From Catajapyx aquilonaris (Eukaryota), in contig KZ538314.1 in assembly GCA_000934665.2 (NCBI GenBank), positions 1 through 64,000 of the forward strand: DNA of 64,000 bases, written 5' to 3'. Positions 1 through 13,626 of this stretch are shown here, one piece after another. The notes under the pieces were generated by a model. The model was not told the origin of the DNA. It ran no database searches and was given only the letters and a program-made list of their open reading frames with translations. The translations under genes were made by a program, and so were the position numbers. Within the stretch, counting starts at the first letter, position 1. The number at the start of each line of letters is the position of its first letter.

Positions 1-397
1 CCCTTCCGGACTCGCTTTTTTTTATATCGACCTGCCACAAAAGACTCAATCTAACAACTATGTCGTGAACAAAAATGAGCGGGGAAATATAGGGGGGTTT
101 ATGTATATATCAATTTCACACACATGCCGCCCGTGAAAGTTCCTTCAGCCCATACACACATCCAATAGATCCCCAAACACAAACCAAAAGACGGAAGGAG
201 AAAGAGAGAAAGGAGGGGGGGGAAACGCAAAAAAAAGCAATCCGTCTATTCATCACCCGAATCCCATCATCCATGTAAGTCCTCTGTAAATAGGCCAAGG
301 TACTGTATCACAAGGATGTATTGTTGGGAGCTGCGTTTGAGCTTCCCGAATCCATTTCTCCCTTTTTTTTCAGATTATTTTTTTTTGTATGTTGTGT
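1..397 (-). other. Proximal 3' UTR of NCS-1 (probably continues beyond the window)
   Basis: Follows the TGA at 398-400. I saw no AATAAA on the minus strand here. Confidence 0.6.
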
Positions 398-565
398 TCA
401 GTTGTCGCCCAACGACAGCGCCTGGACGATACGAGGGTCGGCTTTGCTACCCTCGCGAAACTCCTCCAGGGTTAACCTGTCGTCGTGATTCTTGTCCATT
501 TGGTTGAATATCTTGTCCACACGCTTCTGAGGAGTATTCTCATCTTCCGACGTCGGCTGCTGACC
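398..565 (-). CDS. NCS1: NCS-1 last coding exon (168 nt including TGA): [55 protein letters not shown]
   Basis: ctttttaccacacag|GGTCAG...GACAACTGA. Encodes EF4 and the C-terminal helix. Confidence 0.97.
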   Translation of the reverse strand, partial: GQQPTSEDENTPQKRVDKIFNQMDKNHDDRLTLEEFREGSKADPRIVQALSLGDN

Positions 566-2628
566 CTGTGTGGTAAAAAGTATGTTAGAATTGTCGAAAT
601 GTTACAGTTGGATCCTAAACGAAATTCGCAGCCGAATATTCGGGTAAAAACTAAAGCCGTCTCTCAGAAAACTCCAGCCATGTTGCTATTGTAAACTTGC
701 TGATTGAATTAGCCTGCTTTGCAATGGAAAGCATTTCTTACGTATTCTGTTCGGTCTGCTTTCTCTCCAGTTTGTTAACCATGCCTGTGGCCATTCAATG
801 CTCAGGAAGATGAGCAGGGAATGGTGCAGACCATGAAGTATGACCTCAGCTTTAAGGCCTGAAGCAATGGGTTAATGCACCGAGTATGGAAACTGTGTCG
901 AAAACTTGGCTGTGAAAGTCTTGATATGATCACCGGATACAATGTAACTACTGCGGTGTAATAATGCAGATAGGAAAGGGAAACTCAATAGGGCCCAGGC
1001 ACAGCTTCAATTTCCCCCCTGTGAGCTGCTTCCTTAGTCCGGAGGGGGAACCCTTTCACTACCTGGACTTGGATAAACTGCGGCCATGGAGACAATGTAG
1101 CCTCCTTCCTTCTAAGTCTCCTTCCAAACCCTTTCCCCCTACCCCCACATCGACTTCTTCTCAGTGAACATTCCGATTCGATCCACGCCTTTTGTGCCCA
1201 CTGCCACCAAGACTCAATCCCTACGGATTTCAAAGCTGGTCCTGTCCGTTGCACAAACATTTTTTCTTCCTTTGGAACGAAAGAAGGGGGGGGGGGGGAA
1301 CCTAAAGAGTGAAAACAGAAACTTTTGGTGATCAGCGGTTGAGAACGGCAACCCTGTGCGGCCAAGTGTTGCCAGATGGTCAATCCCGATTGACTCCCCC
1401 CCGAGAGTGAAACTCAATAATTATCTTCTCAGAGGGGAGGCGACGACAATCTGACACGTTCCCAGCGGCCACGTGTCAAACCCATTCGTCGTTCTAGTTT
1501 AGCGACGCGTCTCAGCCATCGCTCAAACCAGCACCGTCGTCAGGGGACCACCACCTCCGGATCAGGACCCCAATTTATTAGGACCTTACAGCCCTGTCCT
1601 GCCTATTCACTAGTCCGTCTTTGGCGCCAACAAACATTTCCTTTGACAAAAAAAAAAAACGGTCTCTGAGGGGGATCCGCCGAGTCATTTCCAGAACAAT
1701 CTTGGAACGAAAGCTTTCTCGGCATCAGACCAGGACAAAATGTCACAGCCGGGGACAGAAACTTTAGGAGGCTTTTGAGACGAACCCTGGCACGTGAAAG
1801 GAGTCGCAACTATAAGCAGAAAAGCCTGTAATCTTGTTATAGCTTCTAGATATATAGCAATGTTTACATAGTGTCCAGCACCAGCTCTTGCAATCATTGC
1901 AGGTCTTTCCTAGCTTTCAAGAGTGAGAGAAGACGGTGGGCGTCGGCGCCACTCTTTTCAATGAACGCCAAATTACCCCGCAGTATTGACGTTCAAGAAG
2001 AAGCTGCACTGAGAAACAATGGCGGCCACCGTCGGAAGGGTTTTAAATTTTCAAATACGGCTATCAGAGTTAAACCAGCCGTTACATCCTGCAGTAACGG
2101 GTATGAACACTGTTCGGGTCTGGCAGCCTCAAAGGGGACCAGCAACAAAGACTTGCTCAGGATGTACGCCTGCTTCAATATTTACTCGGCTGTCTCACTG
2201 ACTTTCCTTATATCCTGGGCTGAAACACGCCTAGGGATTTGTACTTCTCATTCCGTTCCTCACAAACTCTTTCCTAGGAAACGGAGGTTATATCGAGATG
2301 AGATGACTGTCGAAAATTGCCGTTTTCGAAAGTTATTTTTGTAGCAATATTCTGATGCCAGGTTGCAACTTTTGGGATGGAACACTTTAAATGAAGATCT
2401 AGCAAAAAGTGGGACGACAGGTCCCCCAGGCCCCTTTTTTATGTGACAAATGGCGTGCGTGCTCAAACACCCGCTTTTTTCCAGGTCCGATAAGAAGTCT
2501 TTCGCGTGACCTACAAGTCGCAAGAAAAGGCCTCTTAGATCCAGTTAGAACGAAGAAGCTGGAGGCTTGTTCGTAGGGGAAAAAAAGCCGTATCTGTTGC
2601 ATGTAGTATGTATTCAAAAGGCGCTTAC

Positions 2629-2717
2629 CACCATCTGGTAGATTGCATCCACTATGTTGTACATTTCTTCCCTCGTGATGAAGCCGTCGTTATCCACGTC
2701 GTAAAGTCGGAAGGCCC
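2629..2717 (-). CDS. NCS1: NCS-1 coding exon 6 (89 nt): (W)[29 protein letters not shown]
   Basis: gtgtcttacag|GGGCCTTC...ATGGTG|gtaagc. Encodes EF3. Confidence 0.97.
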
Positions 2718-5700
2718 CTGTAAGACACCAAGAAGGACACTTGTAGGTGGTGCAAATTTTACTACCCTGCTCTAGTTTCTAGGCATTCAAAACCGGACCT
2801 ATTCTTCCCTAGAGGAAGAAGGCCGAAGAAGGCTGAAAGGATATAAATCCAGCCTATTTGGTGAGAGTCCAGGTCGTCCTCGACACTTTCCCACCTACTG
2901 ACAGAAGAGTTGAGAGTTTAAAAGGCACTTTAATCACATCGGAACGGTCCTCCCAGAGTCCCAGTCCGTCCCCTTTCTTTTCCTTGTCGTATTAAGTCTG
3001 ATAGTCTGGCTCAATAGATCCCAGTGGCAAGATCTCCCCAAACCTCTTTGAGGAGTACCCTTCCTTCACCCTACTGTACAGCTCGAGAAATGAGGACACC
3101 GTTGGGAAAAAGCCTTCTCGCTTGCCAGAGGAAAATGCTACTAGGGCTAGATGTTTATCACTTGGGTTGGATCCGAGACAAGGAGTTGGATAGTTGGTCC
3201 GCCCTCACTATCATACAAAAATCACATATGTACTATCAAACACCACTCCAAACTGCGGGTAAAAAAAATTATGGCGCAAAAGAGTTTCAAGGCAGTACAT
3301 TATGTATCTAACGATGAGCAAATACTGCTCATTCATAACAAAAGGTCTGGCTGACCAGTGTTACATCACGTATAGCGAACATTTTGTAAAGGGTGCACGC
3401 AGGGGGAAAGAGGATGGAAATTTCCTGATCGAGGTAATAATTGGCGTGTCCGCAATTGACTAAAGGCGTGTGCCCGGATACCCGTAACTAATATTCTAAT
3501 ATCCCTGCGAGGGTCCCGGGGAATTAAACGGCAACTTCACGTCACATTCCGATGGCGCTTTTGCATGTGAGATATGACCCGAACAATTTAATGAGATTAC
3601 CAGGGTCATTTGTGCTGCTGCCGAGCACTTCATCAGGCCAATAAATGTAAAGGTTACATGTGACGCAAGGCGAAAAGCGCGTTGGGTACAAATTAACACG
3701 GATCAACTGGTGGAGCTGGCCAGAATTCAGATTCCCAGGATAAAAGGTTGATGTACCGTGAACTGCTTTTCATTGCGATTAAATGCCTAATTAAAAAGCG
3801 CCCTTATCGCTCGCTTTCCACATGGCCAGATTCTGACAACATGCTAGGTGTGATGCATGAAGGATTAGGCATAATTACGCAAAAAACAATTATTTAAAAA
3901 ATTCGTATCGTCACACACGACAACAACGTGGCTCTGAATTATTAGCATGTTTGTGTCGGCCACAAAATTGCACGTCTGTTCCTGCCAGAAGTTTCCCAGA
4001 TCCCATTTTCCTCGTGGTCTGGAAGAGATGCCAACAACGCAATGCCAGTGAGTCTGTTGTCGAGATAATTTATTGATTCCGAAAGCATCTCACAATTCTT
4101 GCTTCTAGTAGCAACGACCCAATCTTAGAAAAAAGGGAAGTTTTCTTCACATGTGAGATGGCGCTACATATGCGCCGGCCACTTGTGGAAGGTAGTGAAC
4201 AGTGTCGGATGTGACTTGGCAAATTCAAAGTTGTGAAGGCGAAATGTCACCTTTCACACAATAGCACTGGAGCCCTTTGGGAGCTGGCAAGAATGACCAT
4301 GCCTCACGGGACAAGTTAGTTGGCGCATCACGCCATGTTTGCGACAGACACGTAATGCCAAGCAGGCGACTTCCTCTCATATCTGCAGGCAACCAAGAAG
4401 CATGAAAAGAGGGGCGTGGATGATGTTCCTCTCTGTATAAAGCTTCCGGGCCAACTTGTCATTCTCGTGACGCCAACTTCCACCAACACAATCCCATTCT
4501 TTCGTGATAAGGGTGGGGCCCGCTTTTTAAAAGGAAGGAGGGGGGGGGGGGGGCTCCCTTCCCAAAAAATGCAACGCACGGCATCTTTAACGAGATGGCC
4601 AGAAACGTGTACGTGCTGTTTTCCCAATCTGGCCCACATTTTTTTAAAAGAGTAAGCTTCTACTGGGTGGCTAGAAAATGGCCTGTCGTCAAAGCCTTGC
4701 GTCATGGCACAAAGGAATTTGCCGACCCTTTGAAACGCATCCCTCGCAATAAGGACCCCCCTCCAGCCTCCCAATCCCATCCCAGCCCTTACCATCTGAT
4801 ATGGCACATTCCTCGGCAGTTCTACATCACGACCCCGCCATGTGGGATCTGTGCCAGTGAAATGTTAGGCAGGATACTTGGGACCACTCGGCTTGTTACA
4901 GGGTCGGGAACGTGATGTCACAAATGGAAGTGTCAGCAGGGACAAATTCCAATCCTCAGTCGCGCCTAAATTGCCTAGTGGCAAAAGAATTGTTAAGCCA
5001 CATTTACCTTCCGTATATGACCGTGACCACACCCCAGACCGGGGCACTTCAGGGATGGTTCACAACAGCTCTGAAGGTGGTCATACGGAGGCAAAACCTT
5101 TCTGGCAAAAATTCTAGATGTCCACAGACTTTCAGAGGCCGCATCATTGTCAACTCTAGGTCGCAGATGGTGCTTCAATTAAGGTAAAAAGCCTGGTTCC
5201 CTTTAGTACCAAATGACACTCGGCCACAAGAAAGTTACCGCGGCAAAGTTCGTGTCTAGAAAGTTGCCTGATCTTTTAAAGTCCTTTTATACACCCGAGG
5301 CAGGTCGGGCTGAGTAACGATCCCTCCGCGACTAATTCCGTACAACTCGACCTTTGTAGTCGGAACCTGTCCATCTGGACCACTTGAAGAGAATGGTCGG
5401 AGGGTTTTTTTTTTCTACACTAAACAAGTCAGGCTTGTGTGGGCTGGTTGCAGTGCACCTTTCCCCAAATGATTCTGACGCACACTTGTCAGTTGCCAAG
5501 TGTGCAAAATTAAACGGTGTAAATTTTACCGCACATTTTACCAAAATTGTCACCCACAGGTCCAGAATTGGTAAGAAACCCCGCTCTTTTATGACACCTA
5601 GCGAATAATTCATGGGCAACTAGTTCTCTTTTCATGGCGTCCATAACACCCGCAGAGCGTTGGCGTAACTCCAGTTTTTATTGACCGTAAAGGTGATTTC

Positions 5701-7285
5701 TGCTCCTGGCGGACTTTGGCAGAAAAGGAAGGAAGGACGGAGCTAGACCTTTTCCCATCTCATCCAATACAAACCCTGACCGCACATGTCCAGGATTGAA
5801 AAACCTTCCATCCGACTGGAAAACTAAGCCTCTAATTTATTCATGCTCCGATAAACCCATTCCAAAAAACAAACATGAAAAAATGTGCCAGTATTACAAG
5901 AATAAGTTGCCTCATTAACAGGCGGTTATTGCGGGAAAGATGAAGACACACAGAAAGTTGCTAATTAGGAACAACCAATGATGCGAATTTTCCAGGTAGA
6001 AAGTGGCTTATTTGGATGACGCCAGGGTTTGAGGCTAATTAAGCCACGAATCCGGTAGTAATGTAGTCACTTGTAGCGACTCTGAAGTAATTAGGTTCTT
6101 CATATTTCAACAATGCTATGAGCCAGACTGGGGGTATCATATTATTGACAAAGCAACTCGTCTGCTAGTTATGTTACTTTGCGAGTCAGTTCTCTACAAG
6201 AATTGAAAGCTGGATGAAATGCGCCTTAATAAGCCGGGAGTTAATTATGTTTCATGTTCATTGGCAAAACCTCAAGAGGCATAAGCAATAGAGATACGGC
6301 GAGCCGACTGCCTTTATGCACCATGCGTAATAATTAATGAGGACCGGGGATTAATACCTATGACAATTTCATCCTAGTTACTCCAGTTAGTTAAAAATTC
6401 ATGCCCTTTTGTTTAAGTTCGGCTCGGTAAAATGAATGCGATAAGTGCCTGACAAAACTTTCCAGAGAGGTACCGGATTGAGGAGTCACCAACATGCAAA
6501 GGCTGCCGGCAATACATTGAACCGGTGGGGGTCGATAGTATATAAATAAAGAACGATCAATATGTTAGTCTCCCAACAAAGGCAATATAAAGTTGGGCAA
6601 ATCACAGCGTATCATATCAACTTTGACATTTCCTTACTTTCTTCCCCCAAAAATTTGTTTTCAGGACGCATCTTGCTACTAAATCGAATAGCTAGCGACA
6701 AGTGTTCCAATCCACTTTTTTTCCCCCTAAAAAAACTAGTAATTTTAGGTAGAGGATTCCGGTCCACGATAACCATATTCCGGACTCATCTCACAAGTGG
6801 AGCACGTATCCTACCAAAGTCCTGCTGGGATCGGTAGGAAATGGAACACCCAATAACTTACACGATGTATTCTCGCTTGATCTCGTTTAATGGCATGACG
6901 GGACAATATATTCCACACACCGTCCGGATTTTTTAAAAAGTGTACAATAATTCGTGTAGGTCTTGCATTTTTTTTTTGTGTGTATGCTCGAGGCTGTAAG
7001 CTGGAGATATTAATTCTTTGTCACACGCTGGGCGGGTGACGGGGAATGAGAATGTGTCAGAGTGAGAGATGTACCCGGGTTGCATCAGACGGGCGCATAA
7101 TTTCATGGAGAATAGCGCACTGTATCGTGGGAAAAAAGCGACGTGTCGCACAGGTCGTTTGCATATGCGTGACATGTATTGCTGAAGTCCCTAAATTGAA
7201 GCGAGGCAAAAAAAAATGGCCATAAATCATACCCGTATAAGAAGGTTACGTAATACCACTGCAGTAGAATATCAAACTTGCTGAA

Positions 7286-7693
7286 AGGGACACTCCACTC
7301 AAAAAACAAGTTTGGCTCTGAAAATCGGGCAAAAAATCATGAATCCGAAGATGCAATCCGTTTTTCGTTACGCGGAACGGTAATCCCAGGGCGAGGGGTC
7401 AAAGTGAGGAAATTCAAATAGTGCGCTAGAAGCTGGCTGTCCGACAGCGACGCCCTCGGGACCTTGGGAACTGGAGGGCTGCTCCCGCCTGCCCGCGCGC
7501 TTAGGCCCATCCCAGAGCGGTGCAGCCCTCCAGTTCCCCTGTTCCTCGCGTGGCGGCGCCGCTCATTAGCACACTTTGACACCTCGTCCTGGGATTACCG
7601 TTCCCGCGTAGCGAAAAACGAATTGTACCGTCGGATTCAGGATTTTTTGCCCTATTTTTAGAGCCAAACTTGTTTTTTGAGTGGAGTGTCCCT
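7286..7693. mobile_element. Non-autonomous foldback MITE, Kolobok/T2-like (408 bp)
   Basis: Terminal inverted repeats of about 121 bp (7286-7406 and 7572-7693; by eye 10 mismatches and 1 indel) begin AGGGACACTCC. Flanks are TGAA (left) and TTAA (right), read as a TTAA TSD with one mutation. There is an inner 17-bp perfect inverted repeat (7466-7482 and 7522-7538). AGGRR termini with a TTAA TSD are typical of Kolobok/T2-MITEs. Confidence 0.85.
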
Positions 7694-10600
7694 TTAAACA
7701 AATATTAAATCTCAAGCATATCCTATAGACTCTACTGGAACCAGATCTATTTACTGTCCGGTTTGGTCAAATCCTATAATCCATCTGGAGTTTAAAAAAA
7801 GGACCCTCAAAAGCATAAAGCTTCCTGACATAATACGCCAGGGTAAACAGCCCAGTTGGAAATAATTAGCATTCATTGGCACGGATGACCACTTTTTGAT
7901 TCCAAACTCCCCCTCCTTTATTTCCTAGCTCTCGTGGAACTGCAGCATCATCATTGCAGCCCAAGTGTTTGGCTGAATTTTATTGCAGGCCATTATTCCC
8001 TGGATTTCCAAGCAAAAACCCGCAATGCAAAATGAGACCCCGCTCCTGCGTTGCCTTTTTTATATTCGGACATAATTGCGTGTTTATCACTGCCAGACCC
8101 CCCGCACTTGCATAACAGCCCCCATGTTTTTATTCAATTCTAGATACGAACTTCCGTGCCGAGATGTGAAAAATGGATCTTGAAAGCGAAAATAACACGA
8201 AGGAGTGGTCGAAAATGGTGGGTCCGGAACCCTAATGGATTCACCTTTTTCGATATAATTCCTATAATGGGGGCCATTCTTCAGCCGAATAATGGATGGA
8301 AAAGGGTCGTCCATCGGGCACAAAAGGAAGCTCCGTCTCCATACTATTACCATCCTAGCTAAAAAGCGGAATTATTAAGAGTTCGTGACAACCGGCAACA
8401 ATGCGTCGCGTCCCTAATACACCGGACCAATCGGGAAGCCAGATCCTTTGGCGGGACGGCTCCCGATTGGCTCAAATCATGCAGCGTTGCCATTTTATGG
8501 AATTGCGACAGTTTCCTGCGACAGAGAGTGATCCCCTGTTATTAGAGAGTGCATGTGTGCACAGTAGCTATTCAGTAGTTGAATGCACAGTAGCAAGCCG
8601 CATTGCAAATCTGATTGCAGTCCTGCAGCCACAAGCCCCCTTACCTCCCCCCACCCACCCGCCGCACCGCCCCCGCAGCCACCCTGCAGCTGGATCAATA
8701 GATCGCCGATGGTTTCCCATTGTCTTCCATAAGCAGGCAGGCACATGTCCAACAAGTTAAGCCAACTGGGCAGCTTCCTACAGCATTTCCACAGAAGGAC
8801 GCCATAACAGTGGACACACAAAAAACGTCAAAGAGAAAAAAAGGGTCATTTTGAGGGTCAGTCCAAAGCTCGAGAGGTTTTCCTTGTTCGTGAAAACAAA
8901 TGTTAACTTTGAGAGAAGTTATTTGAGTCTGTAGATTGCCCTTTGCGCCCACAAGCCAATGAAAGGACGTAGCACTGTATGGGGGTATGACGATGAAATT
9001 CAAAGCAAGTGAATCATGAATAAATAACCAATGTAATTGCTCTTCAGGGCCAAAAAAAATTTAATACAAATAGCCTCTTAGCCTGTACAGTGACAGTGAT
9101 CACACACGCCATTGTAATTAGATTTCAGTGGCTTGTTTTACACTGGTTAATCATTGAATTAACGGGCTTACGTGTGTTCGCGAGCATAGCCGATCAAGGT
9201 AATGAGGAGTGTAAGCTTTCCAGAGTATACTATATTCAACGCAGCACTGTTTTGTTCCTACCTGCAGGGTATGTGACACGGATGCCCTTGCTGTTTTAAA
9301 GGATCATGTCCATAAATAAATCTACAGGTCAACATCAGAACGTATTACCGGTGAAGGGCTTCTGGAAATTACGTAAGCAAAGAACAATGAGTGTGTGATC
9401 TATTGTGTTTTTTTTTTCAACTTTGTGTTTCCCAGCATATCGTTGCAGACAGGCCCGTGCAGCCGGTACTGAATACGCGAAATAATTGTTTCTATATTTT
9501 GCAAAGCTAGTGAAACAGATTTTTTTCCCCTAGGTAACAGTCTTTGTTCCAGCAAATCTAGGGCAACGTATCAAAAACAGTCCCGGGGGTAGTTTTGGTT
9601 ACAAAGCTCTACAAAATGCTTTGATGTCAATGGCTTCTTGCACAAAATTTTACAACAATATGCACTACTCTAATGTTGATTTTTCTCTCGACATATTTCA
9701 CTCACACTGCACCTCCCTAGAGGCAGGCATACTATGTGGTTGGCTATTCCTGATTCCAGCAGAGGTCATTCCAAGTTCCTACATATCCGGCCATATTTCA
9801 GAAATTCCTCTCGCATTATCAACTCATCAGCCAGGTCCTTTCGGGTTAGCCATCCACCCCATGGATTCCCAACTCCGAGAACAATTCCCGGACCCGGGAA
9901 CTCCCACCAATACTTACAAGAACAAGTCAAGAGGAGACTCTGGGGCTGCTCACCGCAATACCCGTTCAATAAAGCTGCTTAGGATAACGTTTCAATTAAA
10001 TCCATCCAACTACCCCAAATCCCTGGGACTTTTTGGGAGGAAGGGCATCATCCCACCTCATTCCCTCTGCCATCTAGCATTGGCTTTAACTCCTTCAAGT
10101 ACCCACTTGGGAGGCCTATTCTAACTACCTAAATCCTTCTAGTGGCAAAAAGTAGTTTATTCTCGCATGAGATCTACGATCTACCCCAGTGAAGAGCACA
10201 GTGTTTTGTGCTGCTCAGATACAAATGCAACCCACACTTTTTAGGAGGTTAGTCCCACCATAGATTTTCTACAGAAGATGAATGGGGATAGGTAGGATTG
10301 CTTTTCGCTACTTAATTGAGAGGATATCGGAAGCTGTCAAGAAGCAAAGGACTTCAAATCTGACCATCCCAATACTCGAACAAAGGCCTGCTGGCTGGAA
10401 CCTAACGAACTCTGGGTATATAAATAAAGGAATACGTCTGCCTGCCACTGTTTGCGTGTGTGCGTGTTCCTTCTACTGACTCGTAAATACTGATATTTGT
10501 GAATGTGTTGACGGCCTTCATACGTGTAGTTTATTACGTTTGTTGAGTTGACGTTCCTGCCCTTGATCATGTTTTACTTTGTTATGAGTTCGGACCGTGA

Positions 10601-13065
10601 GCGTGTATCCATGTTTCATGTTGTTCCAAGCATATCTGAATAAGTTATAATATTAACTTTAATGTATGCGGAGTCAGTACAGCACACTAAATTTTAAAAT
10701 ACCAATTTTTTAATGTTAAATTAGCATATAGTGCAGGTTGAATGCACACAGAGCAAACTGAAAATCATAAACACAAAAGTGTGGCTTCTGAACGTGTTCT
10801 GCATTTACCGCATAATATAGGCCTAGCTTTTATTGAAGTAATGAAAATCCTTGTGGAGAGTTCAACGTGAAATTCCCGGAACTCACGTATCGGTAAAACG
10901 AACATCGGATACAAATTTCAATAACGAGTTTACCAAACTTCTGTCCTCTACTGGTCCATCGGGTGAGAAAAAGCCCTTGTTAATTGTCTTTCTGATTGCC
11001 GGAGCGAATCCAGGCTCCGGTACTTGCTAAAACCGGGTCTCCAATTTCGACTCCAGACTAAAATCGATGGGACGGGACAAGGAGTGGACGCCATTCATCC
11101 TCGTCCCCCATTCATCCGAAAGATTGCCCCCGTTGCCTTTTTGAGGGGGGAACTTCAACCCAGAAACCAGGTAGACTCCATGTTGTAAACCGCATCCCTT
11201 CCATTTAGAACCGGACCTTCTTTATCCTTCCAGGATTTATGGGCTAGTGGTTTTATGCACCACTGAAGCACCTCTGGATTGCCTAAGTAGACATCCGCAT
11301 TTGCATGACTGTTGGCAGTTTGCACAGTGTCATCTTCAACTGTGTCGTCGTATCCATTCAAATTTGCTCTCTCGGATGCCCAAACATGGTCGTAAAGGAG
11401 GGTCAATTTACCTACCAAATATTCTTTACGGGCCAAGTGGACCGAATCCAACTTGTCAAAATGGGCCAGAAATTTTTGGGAGAAATGGGCAAACTAAGTC
11501 GATATGACTTCGAATGTTTCAAGGTTTTCGAATAAAATATGCTGCTTTAAAACTTGCGACAAATCAAGTAGAACATAAGCGGCATGGGTGTCCGCATTAA
11601 ATAGGTTAATCGTGCAGACAGTGTATTTCGTGCCCATGCAGTTTACTCGTTACGTTTTATGTACCATACGCAATTTTGATCCGAAAAAAATCGGGCAGTA
11701 ATATTCCACGAAATGCTGTCCATTATCACAATAGGCGATAAAAAGTTTACTTGGTATAAAAAGCCTGTCAGTTGTGGCATGAAACACGCTAGTTGAACGA
11801 CATGCATTGCAGTTATGAATATCAGTAATAAATTGCTCCACTCACGTGTATGGCACGCGCCCTGCTAAAATGTCCGCAATCGGTGTTAAAGCGTGTAACA
11901 AATTTATTACTCCACTTTACTATTAATTATCGAATATATAATTTTGACACCACATCACAGCGTCATGAATGTAATTTGAGGTCTGTTACTTAATTATTGC
12001 ATTGTTACAAAAATTATTGCATACGCGACAGTTTACGACCACGCACAGTATCAGCAAGCCCGAACTTCGCATATATTTAATTAGAGCCCGGAACAGTGTC
12101 GAATCACTGTGTACCAAATTAATTATCAGCTCTGTTAAATAAACAAGTAGGACACCACCACATTTGGCCACTGTCGCTCAGTACATCCAATTGTTAAACG
12201 ACTACCCTGAATTCATCATCAATGTTTCCTAGCATCCCTGATGCGGATAATTACAGGTATACGACACGCACTTGTTACAGCTCCCTAACCAGTTGAGTAA
12301 ATCATATCCCACCCTTACGAAAAGAGTTACGAGCTTCAGAACCTGAGAAGTGTAAAAAGACAGCTCCAGCAAAGTGTGGGATGGCGTGCTATCTCCACGA
12401 TGCCGTGACACTTGGCTGTTTCGTAAGTATGATGCATTACCACTGTTAGGCTACACACTGTCCTCACTTAACCTTTGCTGACGCGTCCAATAATATATTA
12501 TTACACACAGAAAAAAACTTGGCTGTTTTATGTCGTTTCGGATCAAACTTATGGAAGCCATTGGGTAAGTAAATGGATAAAAAAAATATATTGGAACAGA
12601 TCCAAAATGGAAAGTGGCAGCCGAGAAATGAACAAAATCATCATTACCCTGGAGGTGATGTATTGTTCGGGATTTTCCCAGAAGATCTTGGACCTTTCGG
12701 ACCCAAACGGATTGAAGCATGAGAAATATTAGTAATAAGCATGAGTAACTGGGGGCTGATTCTCCATCTGGACTTTTGGCCAGGGCTACCGTCGCCCGCA
12801 AAGTGATAAATTTGAGGAGCGTAGGAAGCTTCCGAATGATCAAATGCTACATGGAGCGGAGTAATTTGTGGGACTCGAAACGAGGTTGACCGTCCAGCGA
12901 AATTGCACAAACACCAATAACTGTCCATGGCCCTCTCGGTAAAAAGGGGATTGAAAAATGGAAAATACAATGGCAGGAGGATATTGGCTTCCATATCAGG
13001 AAGAGAGGTTCTTGTGTCGTCCCTAATCAAATAATTCACATCAGTAAAATAATTAGTGTACTTAC

Positions 13066-13144
13066 ATTGAAGCTTTTCGTCTAAGTTCCCTCTTGACGTA
13101 ATGGACAGCGCCCTGATGAATTCTTCAAACTCTATAGAACCATC
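13066..13144 (-). CDS. NCS1: NCS-1 coding exon 5 (79 nt): [26 protein letters not shown] + T
   Basis: acatttcag|GATGGT...CTTCAAT|gtaagt. Also visible inside track ORF 12644..13174. Confidence 0.97.
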
Positions 13145-13536
13145 CTGAAATGTAAATGTCAGAATTATTTTCAAGCCTTGGCGAGTAACATTGCGTGTAA
13201 TGCAGCCACTATAGGCAGGCTCTGCGGTTTTAATATTGCATCATATATTAGCTTTTCAAGATTCTTTTGCGTAAAGGAATGTTCAATCTTCATTACTGCG
13301 AGTAATACGGTACGTTAATTTCGACGTTTAGTGAAATCAAGCTTGACGTTCATTAGCCTGTTTAGAGAGAGGTCATAATCACTCGCGTTAGAAATTATAA
13401 TGCAATCAAGAGATGAATGTTTAGATATCATTATGCGTGATACTGCTTGATTAAATAATTAAAAATGCACAAGCTATATTTGCACAAGCCAATGCTCTGT
13501 TTGTAAAAAAATAAATAACCTCAAACCGGTACTCAC

Positions 13537-13626
13537 ATTGTTTTCGTCGAACACCCTGAAGACGAGTGAAGCAAACTTTGTAGGGTCACCTTGGGGAAAG
13601 AACTGCTTGTAGATTTTGATGAAACC
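13537..13626 (-). CDS. NCS1: NCS-1 coding exon 4 (90 nt): [30 protein letters not shown]
   Basis: ttttcttcgcag|GGTTTC...AACAAT|gtgagt. Confidence 0.97.

Noticed and set aside
3611..3628. Resemblance to the U6 snRNA 5' stem on the minus strand
   Set aside because: Partial match only; no ACAGAGA box or remainder of U6.
10335..10660. Possible solo LTR (TG start, TATATAAATAAA)
   Set aside because: No matching CA end with a target-site duplication and no second copy.
11846..11861. 16-nt cag|...|gtgagt candidate microexon in intron 5
   Set aside because: Frameshifting, short pyrimidine tract, no other support.
12644..13174. 176-aa ORF containing an EF-hand fragment
   Set aside because: Only 13066-13144 is exon 5. 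The rest is read-through into intronic sequence across canonical splice sites.
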